Shown: positions 1-13,406 of the stretch, piece by piece
Position numbering within the stretch: position 1 is the stretch's first letter
Layout: every line of letters starts with the position of its first letter
NCBI RefSeq assembly: GCF_988242995.1
Contig: NZ_OZ547043.1
DNA length: 64,000 nucleotides
Reading direction: 5' to 3' (one strand)
Translations under genes and position numbers: made by a program
Notes under the pieces: generated by a model
What the model was told of the DNA's origin: nothing
Seen by the model: the letters and a program-made list of their open reading frames with translations, nothing else
Database searches by the model: none

Positions 1-272
1 TGGCGGTGCTAGCGAAGCGTCTGGAAGATCAGCAACGTAGCCGCGATCCGCAGCTGCAAGTGGTAACCAATAAAGCCATTGAGCTGAAAGGTCACAAAAT
101 GCAGCAGTTAGACAGCATTATCTCCGCGAAAGGCCAGACGGCGTACTCTTCCGTTATTCTGGGTAACGTGGGTAATCAACTGCTGACCATGCAAATTACG
201 CTGCCAGCTGACGATCAGCAAAAAGCACAGACCACCGCAGAAAACATCATTAATACGCTGGTTATTCAGTAA
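1..272 (+). CDS. dcrB: 3' end of dcrB-like periplasmic protein gene; start lies upstream of the window
   Basis: In-frame ORF ending at 272; position immediately upstream of convergent yhhS matches K-12 order dcrB-yhhS-yhhT-acpT-nikA. Identity by synteny and recollection only. Confidence 0.55.
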
Positions 273-275
273 GTT

Positions 276-1493
276 TTAAGATGATGAGATGGCCTCAGGT
301 GCTTCCACCGGAGGCCGTTTTTTTAATCGCCACGTCAGTAATAACGCGATTGCGACCAGTCCCGCCGCCGCCAGATAAATCACCGGTACGCCCGCCCAGC
401 TCATCACCAGCCCAGCCAGTGGTCCGGTCACGCCAAGCGATAAATCCATAAATACGGTGTAAGTTGCCAGCGCCGCCCCCTGATTTTGCTGCGGAACCGC
501 TTTTACCGCCACTACACCCAATGCAGGGAACACCAGCGAAAACCCTGCCCCCGCCAGTAAGACGCCGATTTTCGCCATCCACGGCATAGTCGCCACGCCA
601 ACCAGTAGCAGGCCGATTATCTCAACGCTAAAGCAAATCATCGCCACGTTTAAGCCGCCGATACGGTTAATACCATTAGGGAATAACAAACGCGTACCGA
701 CAAACGCACAGCTAAACAGCGTCAACGCGAAAGCCGCACCGTCCCAACCTTTAGCGTCATAAAACAGCGTGATAAAGGTGGCGATGACGCCAAATCCGGC
801 GGAAGCCAGTGCCAGCGCCATACCGTACAGCCAGACGCGCCCAAGCACCGCGCGAAACGGCAGCGGTTTGCCTTTACTGGCTTTTACCGTCGGACGCGGG
901 ATCGCCAACAAAATGGCCACCAGCGCCACGCCCATAATGATTAACGATAACGCCTGCAAGCCGCCCCAGTGATAAAACACGACACCTAACGGCGCACCCA
1001 TCGCCATCGCCCCGTAAGTGACAATGCCGTTCCACGAAATCACCCGCCCGATATGCAGCGAGCCAACCACGCCAACGCCCCACAGGGTCGATCCCGTTCC
1101 GGCAAAACTTTGCCCAATCCCAAGGATGACGCGTCCCAGGCAAAGTAATAACAGGCTGATGACGGGCAGACTGGCGGTTAATCCTGCCGTCAGATATCCC
1201 AGACCGCTCAAAAAGCAGCCGCATAAACCGAAGACGACAATCTTTTTGGGTCCCAGCAAATCGGCGTAACGTCCGGCATGAGGGCGGCTCAGCAAGGTGG
1301 CGAAATATTGCAGGCTGATAACCAATCCTGCCCAGAAAGCGCTAAAGCCCATCACATCATGGACATAGCCCGGTAATACAGCGAGCGGCAACCCGATGGT
1401 GAGGTAGCTGGCGAAGTTAAACATGACAATGGAGACAATGCGCAAATTCAGGCGCAATCCGTTTAGCGCAGGTTCGGCTACGGGTTCGGGCAT
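276..1493 (-). CDS. yhhS: MFS-family transporter YhhS (405 aa from internal ATG; ORF-track N-terminal extension rejected)
   Basis: Polytopic hydrophobic 12-TM-like protein; protein from MPEPVAEPALNGL matches remembered YhhS N-terminus; ATG confirmed at 1491-1493 (minus strand). Confidence 0.85.
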   Translation of the reverse strand: MPEPVAEPALNGLRLNLRIVSIVMFNFASYLTIGLPLAVLPGYVHDVMGFSAFWAGLVISLQYFATLLSRPHAGRYADLLGPKKIVVFGLCGCFLSGLGYLTAGLTASLPVISLLLLCLGRVILGIGQSFAGTGSTLWGVGVVGSLHIGRVISWNGIVTYGAMAMGAPLGVVFYHWGGLQALSLIIMGVALVAILLAIPRPTVKASKGKPLPFRAVLGRVWLYGMALALASAGFGVIATFITLFYDAKGWDGAAFALTLFSCAFVGTRLLFPNGINRIGGLNVAMICFSVEIIGLLLVGVATMPWMAKIGVLLAGAGFSLVFPALGVVAVKAVPQQNQGAALATYTVFMDLSLGVTGPLAGLVMSWAGVPVIYLAAAGLVAIALLLTWRLKKRPPVEAPEAISSS

Positions 1494-1624
1494 GAGGATC
1501 ACCACATTTTTACAACAGTGTTTCATTTTTACCACGTGCTGACGTGAAAATCAGCATTAAGAATCAGAATATTGCTGGCGTGACTCCCGCTACACTTAAT
1601 ACAAAAAGTCACAAGGAAGCCCCA

Positions 1625-2674
1625 ATGGAAACCCCTCAACCCGATAAAACGGGCATGCACATTCTGCTCAAGCTGGCCTCGCTGGTAGTGATCCTCGCGG
1701 GCATTCACGCAGCGGCAGATATCATTGTGCAGCTGTTACTGGCGCTGTTTTTTGCCATCGTCCTCAACCCGCTCGTCACCTGGTTTATTCGTCGGGGAGT
1801 ACAACGCCCCGTTGCCATTACGATTGTGGTGGTGGTGATGCTGATCGCACTCACCGCGCTGGTCGGCGTACTGGCGGCATCGTTTAACGAATTTATCTCT
1901 ATGCTGCCGAAGTTTAATAAGGAGCTGACGCGCAAACTTTTTAAATTGCAGGAGATGTTGCCTTTTCTTAATTTACATATGTCGCCGGAGCGAATGCTGC
2001 AGCGGATGGACTCGGAAAAAGTGGTTACCTTCACCACGGCGCTAATGACCGGGCTTTCCGGGGCAATGGTGAGCGTGCTTTTGCTGGTGATGACCGTAGT
2101 TTTCATGCTGTTTGAAGTGCGCCACGTCCCTTACAAAATGCGTTTTGCGTTGAATAATCCACAGATTCACATCGCCGGACTACACCGCGCCTTAAAAGGT
2201 GTTTCGCATTATCTGGCGTTAAAGACGCTACTCAGTTTATGGACGGGTGTCATCGTCTGGCTGGGGCTGGCGCTAATGGGCGTACAGTTTGCGCTGATGT
2301 GGGCAGTACTGGCGTTTTTGCTCAACTACGTGCCCAATATCGGCGCGGTAATTTCCGCCGTACCGCCAATGGTTCAGGTGCTGCTTTTTAATGGCGTTTA
2401 CGAATGTATTCTGGTCGGCGCATTGTTTTTAGTGGTCCATATGGTCATCGGCAATATTTTAGAACCACGGATGATGGGCCATCGCCTGGGGATGTCCACC
2501 ATGGTGGTATTTCTTTCATTGTTAATTTGGGGATGGCTGCTCGGCCCGGTAGGGATGCTACTTTCGGTGCCATTAACCAGCGTGTGTAAAATCTGGATGG
2601 AAACCACCAAAGGCGGTAGCAAACTGGCGATTTTACTGGGACCAGGCAGACCGAAAAGTCGGTTACCGGGATGA
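1625..2674 (+). CDS. yhhT: AI-2E/PerM-family membrane transporter YhhT (349 aa)
   Basis: Hydrophobic membrane protein; start chosen at METPQPDKTG (ATG 1625) rather than the upstream in-frame ATG; synteny. Confidence 0.8.
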   Translation: METPQPDKTGMHILLKLASLVVILAGIHAAADIIVQLLLALFFAIVLNPLVTWFIRRGVQRPVAITIVVVVMLIALTALVGVLAASFNEFISMLPKFNKELTRKLFKLQEMLPFLNLHMSPERMLQRMDSEKVVTFTTALMTGLSGAMVSVLLLVMTVVFMLFEVRHVPYKMRFALNNPQIHIAGLHRALKGVSHYLALKTLLSLWTGVIVWLGLALMGVQFALMWAVLAFLLNYVPNIGAVISAVPPMVQVLLFNGVYECILVGALFLVVHMVIGNILEPRMMGHRLGMSTMVVFLSLLIWGWLLGPVGMLLSVPLTSVCKIWMETTKGGSKLAILLGPGRPKSRLPG

Positions 2675-2728
2675 GGCGACAAGTGATACGATACGCACTT
2701 TCATTTTCCATTATACGTTGGCCCTGAT

Positions 2729-3316
2729 ATGTATCGGATAGTTCTGGGGAAAGTTTCGACCTTAAGCGCAGCTCCTCTGCCACCGGGTTTACGCGAGCAA
2801 GCACCGCAAGGTCCACGACGTGAACGCTGGCTGGCGGGGCGTGCATTGCTTTCGCACACGCTTTCCCCGCTACCGGAGATCATCTATGGCGAACAAGGCA
2901 AACCGGCATTCGCGCCGGAAACGCCGCTATGGTTCAACTTAAGCCATAGCGGTGACGATATCGCCCTGCTGTTGAGCGATGAAGGCGAAGTCGGCTGCGA
3001 TATCGAAGTGATTCGCCCGCGCGCCAACTGGCGCTGGCTGGCGAACGCCGTGTTCAGCCTCGGGGAACACGCTGAGATGGACGCCGTGCATCCTGATCAG
3101 CAACTGGAAATGTTCTGGCGCATCTGGACGCGCAAAGAAGCCATCGTTAAACAGCGTGGCGGCAGCGCCTGGCAAATCGTCAGCGTAGACAGCACCTATA
3201 ACTCCTCGCTGTCAGTCAGCCATTGTCAGCTGGAAAATTTAAGCCTGGCGATCTGCACCCCTACCCCCTTTACGCTCACCGCCGACAGTGTGCAATGGAT
3301 CGATTCAGTTAACTGA
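2729..3316 (+). CDS. acpT: 4'-phosphopantetheinyl transferase AcpT
   Basis: 195-aa ORF starting MYRIVLGKV, position directly upstream of nikA. Confidence 0.85.
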   Translation: MYRIVLGKVSTLSAAPLPPGLREQAPQGPRRERWLAGRALLSHTLSPLPEIIYGEQGKPAFAPETPLWFNLSHSGDDIALLLSDEGEVGCDIEVIRPRANWRWLANAVFSLGEHAEMDAVHPDQQLEMFWRIWTRKEAIVKQRGGSAWQIVSVDSTYNSSLSVSHCQLENLSLAICTPTPFTLTADSVQWIDSVN

Positions 3317-3340
3317 TCCGCCCACCCGACTGCCCATCTA

Positions 3341-3354
3341 TTGATCCAGAACAG
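3341..3354 (+). promoter_or_regulatory. possible FNR half-site-like sequence (TTGATccagAACAG) in nikA promoter
   Basis: Only partial match to TTGAT-N4-ATCAA; nik is known to be FNR-dependent. Confidence 0.25.
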
Positions 3355-3361
3355 GTAATCA

Positions 3362-3389
3362 GTATGACGAATACTTAAAATCGTCATAC
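3362..3389 (+). promoter_or_regulatory. NikR operator (GTATGA-N16-TCATAC) upstream of nikA
   Basis: Perfect dyad gtatga-(16 nt)-tcatac read directly, about 40 nt upstream of the nikA ATG. Confidence 0.7.
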
Positions 3390-3426
3390 TTATTTCCGCC
3401 ATCTATTTTAATCCATTGGGGTTACC

Positions 3427-5001
3427 ATGTTCTCTACACTCCGCCGCACTCTATTTGCGCTGCTGGCTTGTGCGTCTTTTATCGTCCATGCCGCTGCACC
3501 AGATGAAATCACCACCGCCTGGCCGGTGAATGTCGGGCCACTAAACCCGCACCTTTACACGCCTAACCAGATGTTCGCCCAGAGCATGGTTTATGAACCA
3601 TTGGTGAAATATCAGGCAGACGGTTCGGTGATCCCGTGGCTGGCAAAAAGCTGGACTCATTCAGAAGATGGTAAAACCTGGACCTTCACCCTGCGTGATG
3701 ACGTGAAATTCTCCAACGGCGAACCGTTTGATGCAGAGGCGGCGGCAGAAAACTTCCGCGCAGTGCTCGATAACCGTCAACGTCACGCCTGGCTGGAGCT
3801 GGCAAACCAGATTGTTGATGTCAAAGCACTCAGTAAAACAGAGCTGCAAATCACCCTGAAAAGCGCCTACTATCCTTTCCTGCAAGAACTGGCCCTGCCG
3901 CGCCCTTTCCGTTTTATCGCCCCCTCGCAGTTTAAAAACCATGAAACCATGAACGGGATTAAAGCGCCAATTGGCACCGGGCCGTGGATTTTGCAGGAAT
4001 CGAAACTGAATCAGTACGATGTCTTCGTCCGTAACGAAAACTACTGGGGCGAAAAGCCGGCGATTAAAAAGATCACCTTTAACGTGATCCCGGACCCGAC
4101 TACCCGCGCGGTGGCGTTTGAAACTGGCGATATCGACCTGCTGTACGGAAACGAAGGGTTATTACCGCTCGATACCTTCGCCCGCTTTAGCCAGAACCCG
4201 GCTTACCACACCCAACTGTCACAGCCGATCGAAACCGTGATGCTGGCGCTCAATACCGCCAAAGCCCCCACCAACGAGCTGGCCGTACGTGAAGCTCTTA
4301 ATTACGCGGTAAACAAAAAATCGCTGATTGATAACGCGTTGTATGGCACCCAGCAGGTCGCCGACACCCTGTTTGCTCCTTCTGTGCCCTACGCCAACCT
4401 CGGCCTGAAACCGCGCCAGTACGATCCGCAGAAAGCGAAAGCGTTGCTGGAAAAAGCCGGTTGGACGCTTCCTGCGGGCAAAGACATCCGCGAGAAAAAT
4501 GGTCAGCCGCTGCGCATTGAACTGTCGTTCATCGGCACCGATGCGTTAAGCAAATCGATGGCGGAAATCATTCAGGCTGATATGCGCCAGATTGGCGCAG
4601 ATGTCTCACTGGTTGGCGAAGAAGAGAGCAGTATCTATGCTCGTCAGCGCGACGGTCGTTTTGGCATGATTTTCCATCGCACCTGGGGCGCGCCATACGA
4701 TCCACACGCCTTCCTGAGTTCAATGCGCGTACCGTCGCACGCTGATTTCCAGGCACAGCAAGGATTAGCCGACAAGCCGCTGATTGATAAAGAGATCGGC
4801 GAAGTGCTGGCAACCCATGACGAAACGCAACGTCAGGCGCTGTATCGCGACATTCTGACCCGTCTGCATGACGAGGCGGTTTATCTGCCTATCAGTTACA
4901 TCTCGATGATGGTGGTATCAAAACCGGAGCTGGGTAACATCCCCTACGCGCCGATCGCCACCGAAATTCCGTTCGAACAGATTAAACCGGTGAAACCTTA
5001 A
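3427..5001 (+). CDS. nikA: periplasmic nickel-binding protein of nickel ABC importer
   Basis: 524-aa ORF with signal peptide; solute-binding-protein family 5; operon context nikABCDE-nikR. Confidence 0.95.
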
Positions 5002-5941
5002 TGTTGCGTTACGTATTACGCCGCTTTCTGCTGCTGATCCCGATGGTGCTCGCCGCCTCGGTGATCATTTTTCTGATGCTGCGCCTCGGCACCGGCGACC
5101 CGGCGCTCGATTATCTGCGTCTGTCTAACCTGCCGCCGACGCCGGAGATGCTGGCCTCTACACGCACCATGCTGGGGCTGGATCAGCCGCTGTATGTCCA
5201 GTACGGCACCTGGTTGTGGAAGGCGCTGCATCTTGACTTTGGTATCTCATTCGCCAGCCAACGCCCGGTGCTGGACGATATGCTGAACTTCCTGCCCGCC
5301 ACGCTGGAACTTGCAGGTGCCGCGCTGGTATTAATTCTGCTCACTTCCGTACCGCTCGGTATCTGGGCGGCGCGCCATCGCGATCGTCTGCCGGATTTCG
5401 CCGTACGTTTCATCGCGTTTCTCGGCGTGTCGATGCCCAACTTCTGGCTGGCGTTTTTGCTGGTGATGGCGTTTTCGGTATATCTGCAATGGCTACCCGC
5501 GATGGGCTACGGCGGCTGGCAGCACATCATTTTGCCTGCGGTTTCCATTGCCTTTATGTCGCTGGCGATTAATGCACGGCTACTGCGCGCCAGCATGCTG
5601 GACGTCGCCGGTCAGCGTCACGTCACCTGGGCGCGGCTACGCGGCCTGAATGACAAACAGACCGAGCGTCGTCATATTCTGCGCAATGCCTCGCTGCCGA
5701 TGATCACCGCCGTGGGGATGCACATTGGCGAACTGATTGGCGGGACGATGATTATCGAAAACATCTTTGCCTGGCCGGGCGTCGGGCGCTATGCGGTGTC
5801 GGCGATTTTTAACCGTGACTATCCGGTGATCCAGTGCTTTACGCTGATGATGGTGGTGGTTTTTGTGGTCTGTAATTTGATTGTTGATTTGCTCAACGCC
5901 GCGCTGGACCCGCGCATTCGTCGTCATGAAGGAGCCCACGC

Positions 5942-5945
<4 letters not shown>
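5001..5945 (+). CDS. nikB: nickel ABC transporter permease
   Basis: 314 aa, polytopic; 1-nt overlap with nikA stop. Confidence 0.93.
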
Positions 5946-8749
<2,804 letters not shown>

Positions 8750-8900
8750 CACCTACCAACGCGCCGTTATTTCCTGACGGCGCAGTAAATTCCTGCCAAA
8801 TATCGACTCACGTCACATTTTTTTGATCACGATTTGGTCCCTCAAAATGTGAGACGCTTCGATCCTCTTTTTCTCCCGTTCACCTACTATACGCTTGAAG

Positions 8901-8924
8901 TTGTCCATGATTGTCCATAGACAA
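8901..8924 (+). promoter_or_regulatory. candidate operator upstream of the GntR-family regulator: direct repeat TTGTCCAT x2 and palindrome TTGTC-cata-GACAA
   Basis: Sequence ttgtccatga ttgtccatagacaa read directly at 8901-8924, 15-40 nt upstream of the regulator start. Confidence 0.3.
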
Positions 8925-8938
8925 CTGTAAATGTTCAG

Positions 8939-9694
8939 GTGCGCGCCATGAAATCATTAAGTAAGTCGTCACAAATACCGCTCTATCAACAAGTGGTGGA
9001 GTGGATAAGAGAAAGTATTTATACCGGGGATTTGGTGGAAGACGATCGCATTCCTTCGGAATACCAGATTATGGATATGCTGGAAGTGAGTCGGGGAACC
9101 GTTAAAAAAGCAGTCGCCCAACTGGTAAAAGAAGGCGTGTTGATTCAGGTCCAGGGGAAGGGAACATTTGTCAAAAAAGAGAACGTGGCATATCCGTTAG
9201 GTGAAGGATTATTGTCATTCGCGGAATCGCTGGAAAGCCAGAAAATACACTTTACCACTGAAGTTATTACGTCACGGATTGAACCGGCTAATCGTTATGT
9301 GGCAGAGAAATTAAGAATAACGCCCGGTCAGGATATTCTTTACCTTGAGCGTTTACGTTCAATTGGTGATGAAAAAGCGATGCTGATAGAGAACCGTATC
9401 AATATTGAGCTATGCCCCGGCATCGTGGAAATCGATTTTAATCAACACAATTTATTTCCAACAATAGAAAGTTTGTCGCAAAGAAAAATTCGTTACTCGG
9501 AAAGTCGCTATGCCGCGCGATTAATTGGTAATGAACGCGGTCATTTTTTAGATATCAGTGAAGATGCACCCGTTTTGCATCTGGAGCAGTTAGTCTTTTT
9601 CTCCCGAGAGTTACCCGTTGAGTTTGGCAACGTCTGGTTAAAAGGAAATAAATATTATCTGGGTACCGTGCTGCAACGGCGGGAATTGAGTTAA
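8939..9694 (+). CDS. GntR-family transcriptional regulator (N-terminal winged HTH, C-terminal effector-binding domain)
   Basis: 251-aa ORF; N-terminus has typical GntR HTH (SEYQIMDMLEVSRGTVKKAVAQLVKEGVL); start could be 8939 or 8948. Confidence 0.75.
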   Translation: MRAMKSLSKSSQIPLYQQVVEWIRESIYTGDLVEDDRIPSEYQIMDMLEVSRGTVKKAVAQLVKEGVLIQVQGKGTFVKKENVAYPLGEGLLSFAESLESQKIHFTTEVITSRIEPANRYVAEKLRITPGQDILYLERLRSIGDEKAMLIENRINIELCPGIVEIDFNQHNLFPTIESLSQRKIRYSESRYAARLIGNERGHFLDISEDAPVLHLEQLVFFSRELPVEFGNVWLKGNKYYLGTVLQRRELS

Positions 9695-9706
9695 ATACAC
9701 TTTTTT

Positions 9707-10192
9707 ATGAGGAATAAAATGCAAGGCATACAGTTTCAGGAAAATTATATTCAACGACTTCCGGCAGGGTTAAGCGTTGAACAGATCATCCGTCAGTTAG
9801 CGCAACCGTTGGTTGCTGCTGAGCTGGTGGTCCCTGATTTTGCCGATCACGTACTGAAACGTGAGGCGACGTACCCAACAGGGCTGCCTACCGAACCGCC
9901 GTGCGTCGCTATTCCGCACACGGACCATAAACATGTCAGGCACAATGCAATTGCCGTCGGCATCCTGCCGGAACCGGTAGAGTTTGCCGATATGGGCGGC
10001 GATCCTGACCCCGTACCTGTCAGGGTGATTTTTTTGCTCGCCTTAAGCGAAAGTAATAAACAATTAAATGCCCTGGGCTGGATTATGGAGATGATTCAGG
10101 ATACGCCCTTTATGCGCGCCCTGCTTACGATGGAAACAACAGAAATACACACAGTAATCTTAAACAAAATGAAAGAACGAGGTGAAATATGA
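9707..10192 (+). CDS. PTS EIIA component, type 2 (galactitol/ascorbate-like)
   Basis: 161 aa; conserved phosphorylatable His context (VAIPHT); operon with EIIB/EIIC. Confidence 0.75.
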   Translation: MRNKMQGIQFQENYIQRLPAGLSVEQIIRQLAQPLVAAELVVPDFADHVLKREATYPTGLPTEPPCVAIPHTDHKHVRHNAIAVGILPEPVEFADMGGDPDPVPVRVIFLLALSESNKQLNALGWIMEMIQDTPFMRALLTMETTEIHTVILNKMKERGEI

Positions 10193-10470
10193 GTCAAACC
10201 ATTTTATTTGTCTGCGCCACGGGTATTGCCACATCCACGGCGGTAACAGAAAAAGTCATGGAATATTGTAAAGAGCACGGTCTTAACGTCAATTATTCCC
10301 AAACCAACGTTGCCTCTTTACCTGGAAATACTGACGGCGTAGCACTGGTAGTCTCAACGACTAAAGTGCCTTATGAACTCGACGTCCCGGTGGTTAACGG
10401 CTTGCCGATTATTACCGGTATTGGCGAAGAGAAAGTACTGGCGCAAATTGTTTCGATCCTTAAAAAGTAA
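10189..10470 (+). CDS. PTS EIIB component, galactitol family
   Basis: 93 aa; N-terminal active-site Cys motif (ILFVCATGIATS); 4-nt overlap with EIIA. Confidence 0.75.
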   Translation: MSQTILFVCATGIATSTAVTEKVMEYCKEHGLNVNYSQTNVASLPGNTDGVALVVSTTKVPYELDVPVVNGLPIITGIGEEKVLAQIVSILKK

Positions 10471-10546
10471 TTAATAATAATTAATTTCAACCCACTCCAT
10501 CAGGCGCTAACGCGAGGTGCGCTCTCGCCTGAAAAAGAGGTTTATT

Positions 10547-11905
10547 ATGAACGATATCGCGCATACCCTCTATAATATTGTGCAATATATATTGGGATTT
10601 GGTCCCACGGTAATGTTGCCGTTGGTGTTATTTATTCTTGCTCTCTTTTTTAAAGTAAAACCCGCTAAAGCCTTACGTTCGTCATTAACGGTCGGTATTG
10701 GTTTTGTCGGTATTTATGCCATTTTCGATATTCTTACCAGCAATGTCGGGCCAGCGGCCCAGGCGATGGTTGAACGCACCGGAATTAATTTACCGGTGGT
10801 GGATTTAGGCTGGCCGCCGCTTTCCGCTATTACATGGGGTTCGCCAATTGCCCCGTTTGTTATTCCCCTGACTATTCTGATTAACGTGGCGATGCTGGCG
10901 TTAAATAAAACCCGCACCGTTGACGTAGATATGTGGAACTACTGGCATTTTGCCCTTGCCGGTACGCTGGTTTATTACAGCACCGGCAGCCTGTTCTTTG
11001 GTTTGCTGGCAGCGGCGATTGCTGCGGTGGTAGTACTTAAACTCGCCGACTGGTCTGCGCCACTGGTACAAAAATACTTTGGCCTGGAAGGGATCTCTTT
11101 GCCGACGCTCTCTTCGGTGGTGTTCTTTCCGGTCGGTCTGTTGGTCGACAAAATCATCGACCATATCCCCGGCCTCAATCGTATTCATATCGATCCGGAA
11201 ACCGTACAGAAAAAGTTTGGCATATTCGGCGAACCGATGATGGTTGGTACTATTCTGGGCATTCTGCTCGGCGTAATTGCCGGATACGATTTCAAAAAAG
11301 TCTTGCTGCTTGGCATCAGCATTGGCGGTGTGATGTTCATCCTGCCACGCATGGTTCGCATTCTGATGGAAGGTTTATTACCGCTGTCTGAAGCCATTAA
11401 AAAGTATCTCAATGCCAAATACCCTGACCGTGACGATCTCTATATCGGCCTGGATATCGCCGTTGCCGTAGGTAACCCAGCGATTATCTCCACCGCCCTG
11501 CTGCTGACGCCAATCTCGGTCTTTATCGCGTTTGTCCTTCCGGGTAATGAAGTCCTGCCGCTTGGCGACCTTGCCAACCTGGCGGTAATGGCGTCGATGA
11601 TTGCTTTAGCCAGCCGTGGCAACATTTTCCGCACCGTTCTGGCGGCGATTCCGGTGATTATTGCCGATCTGTGGATTGCGACTAAAATCGCGCCGTTTAT
11701 TACCGGAATGGCGAAAGACGTTAATTTCAAATTTGCCGAAGGCTCCAGCGGCCAGGTCTCCAGTTTCCTTGATGGCGGTAACCCGTTCCGCTTCTGGCTG
11801 CTGGAAATCTTCAACGGCAATCTCATCGCCATTGGTCTGGTGCCGGTTATTGCCCTGGTACTGTATGGTATTTTCCGAATGACGCGGAGCACGGTTTATG
11901 CCTGA
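10547..11905 (+). CDS. PTS EIIC permease, galactitol (GatC-like) family
   Basis: Polytopic membrane protein of about 452 aa; start placed at ATG 10547 preceded by AAGAGG; ORF-track start 10517 is an in-frame extension. Confidence 0.75.
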   Translation: MNDIAHTLYNIVQYILGFGPTVMLPLVLFILALFFKVKPAKALRSSLTVGIGFVGIYAIFDILTSNVGPAAQAMVERTGINLPVVDLGWPPLSAITWGSPIAPFVIPLTILINVAMLALNKTRTVDVDMWNYWHFALAGTLVYYSTGSLFFGLLAAAIAAVVVLKLADWSAPLVQKYFGLEGISLPTLSSVVFFPVGLLVDKIIDHIPGLNRIHIDPETVQKKFGIFGEPMMVGTILGILLGVIAGYDFKKVLLLGISIGGVMFILPRMVRILMEGLLPLSEAIKKYLNAKYPDRDDLYIGLDIAVAVGNPAIISTALLLTPISVFIAFVLPGNEVLPLGDLANLAVMASMIALASRGNIFRTVLAAIPVIIADLWIATKIAPFITGMAKDVNFKFAEGSSGQVSSFLDGGNPFRFWLLEIFNGNLIAIGLVPVIALVLYGIFRMTRSTVYA

Positions 11906-13406
11906 TAACAGCGCAGCTATCGTTATCGATATTGGCACCACCAATTGCAAAGTCACCTGCTTTTCCTGCCTGGACGCAACGACGTTGGGCGCGCATAAAT
12001 TCGTGACGGCAAAACAGATCTCCCCACAGGGCAATGTCGATTTCGATATCGACGCCCTCTGGCAGGAGGTCCGCCAGGCGATAGCGCAACTGAACGCCGC
12101 TTCGCCGCTGCCAGTCAGGCGGATAAGCATTGCCAGTTTTGGCGAGTCAGGCGTGTTCCTTGACGAGCATGGCGAGATCCTGACGCCAATGCTGGCATGG
12201 TATGACCGTCGCGGTGAAGAGTATCTGGCTACACTTAGCGAGGCAGACAGTGCGGCACTTTATGACATTTGCGGGTTACCGCTGCACAGCAATTACTCTG
12301 CCTTCAAAATGCGTTGGTTGCTGGAACATTACCCACTGCGTAATCGCCGCGGCCTGCGTTGGCTACATGCGCCGGAAGTACTGCTCTGGCGGCTGACCGG
12401 CGAACAGCGCACGGATATCACCTTAGCCAGCCGCACGCTGTGTCTGGACGTGCGCAAAGGCGCATGGTCAGTGAAAGCGGCGGCGTTGTTACACGTTCCC
12501 TGTTCAGCATTTGCGCCATTGGTGCAGCCAGGCGAACACGCCGGATGGGTCAGCGAGTCGCTCTGCAAAACGCTTGGGTTCTCGCAACCGGTCAGCGTGA
12601 CGCTGGCCGGACATGACCATATGGTGGGTGCGCGAGCGTTGCAGATGATGCCGGGCGATATCCTTAACTCGACGGGGACCACAGAAGGTATTCTGCAACT
12701 GGATACACAACCGACGCTGGATGAACAGGCCAAACGTGACAAGCTGGCAAACGGCTGTTATTCGCTTGCAAACCAGTTCACCCTGTTTGCGTCGCTGCCC
12801 GTGGGCGGTTTCGCTCTGGAGTGGCTGCGTAACACGTTCCGGCTAACCGATGAGGAGATCGCCGCATCACTTACTCGCGGACATGCGGATTACCTGGCGG
12901 GGAACTGGTCGCTCGATGACATTCCCCTCTTTATTCCACATCTTCGCGGTTCGGGTTCGCCCTATAAAAATCGCCATACTCGTGGATTATTTTATGGGCT
13001 TGGCGATACGTTAAATATCGACATGTTAATTGCCAGCGTCTCACTGGGATTAACCATGGAATTTGCCAACTGCTTCGCCTGTTTTAATGTGCCTGGCACC
13101 AGCGCGTTAAAAGTGATAGGTCCGGCAACCCAAAATCCCCTTTGGCTGCAATTAAAAGCGGATATTTTACAGCGTCCGGTTGAAGCAATTGCATTTAACG
13201 AGGCGGTTTCTGTCGGAGCATTATTAACTGCCGCACCGGATATTCCACCGCCGCAAGTTACCATAGCCCAACGTTTGTTACCGAATCGGGCGAGATACCA
13301 TCAATTACAGCGTTATCAGCACAAATGGAAAAGCTGGTATCAGTTGAAATTACAGCAAGAAGGCGTGATGCCATTACACCATCGGGAGGAGCACTATGTT
13401 GAGTAA
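11898..13406 (+). CDS. FGGY-family carbohydrate kinase
   Basis: 502 aa; N-terminal AIVIDIGTTNCK actin-fold ATPase motif typical of FGGY kinases; overlaps EIIC end by 8 nt. Confidence 0.7.
   Translation: MPDNSAAIVIDIGTTNCKVTCFSCLDATTLGAHKFVTAKQISPQGNVDFDIDALWQEVRQAIAQLNAASPLPVRRISIASFGESGVFLDEHGEILTPMLAWYDRRGEEYLATLSEADSAALYDICGLPLHSNYSAFKMRWLLEHYPLRNRRGLRWLHAPEVLLWRLTGEQRTDITLASRTLCLDVRKGAWSVKAAALLHVPCSAFAPLVQPGEHAGWVSESLCKTLGFSQPVSVTLAGHDHMVGARALQMMPGDILNSTGTTEGILQLDTQPTLDEQAKRDKLANGCYSLANQFTLFASLPVGGFALEWLRNTFRLTDEEIAASLTRGHADYLAGNWSLDDIPLFIPHLRGSGSPYKNRHTRGLFYGLGDTLNIDMLIASVSLGLTMEFANCFACFNVPGTSALKVIGPATQNPLWLQLKADILQRPVEAIAFNEAVSVGALLTAAPDIPPPQVTIAQRLLPNRARYHQLQRYQHKWKSWYQLKLQQEGVMPLHHREEHYVE

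Noticed and set aside
276-1535. N-terminal extensions of several ORF-track proteins (yhhS, yhhT, yhhJ, rsmJ, prlC, rlmJ, arsB, slp, chuT, chuV, gadE, yhiD, hdeB, tnpA)
   Set aside because: In each case an internal start gives the expected protein N-terminus or length, often with a better Shine-Dalgarno or operon overlap; upstream in-frame ATGs overlap neighbouring genes or regulatory sites.
8750-8938. rhsB / H-repeat element expected after nikR in K-12
   Set aside because: Not present; the PTS operon starts about 190 nt after nikR, with no Rhs core-like long ORF anywhere in the window.
10471-10546. GC-rich dyad (caggcgctaacgcgag...ctctcgcctg) between the PTS EIIB and EIIC genes as a possible attenuator
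   Set aside because: Stem is imperfect and lacks a U-tract; could be a REP-like or mRNA-stabilizing hairpin, but evidence is insufficient to call.
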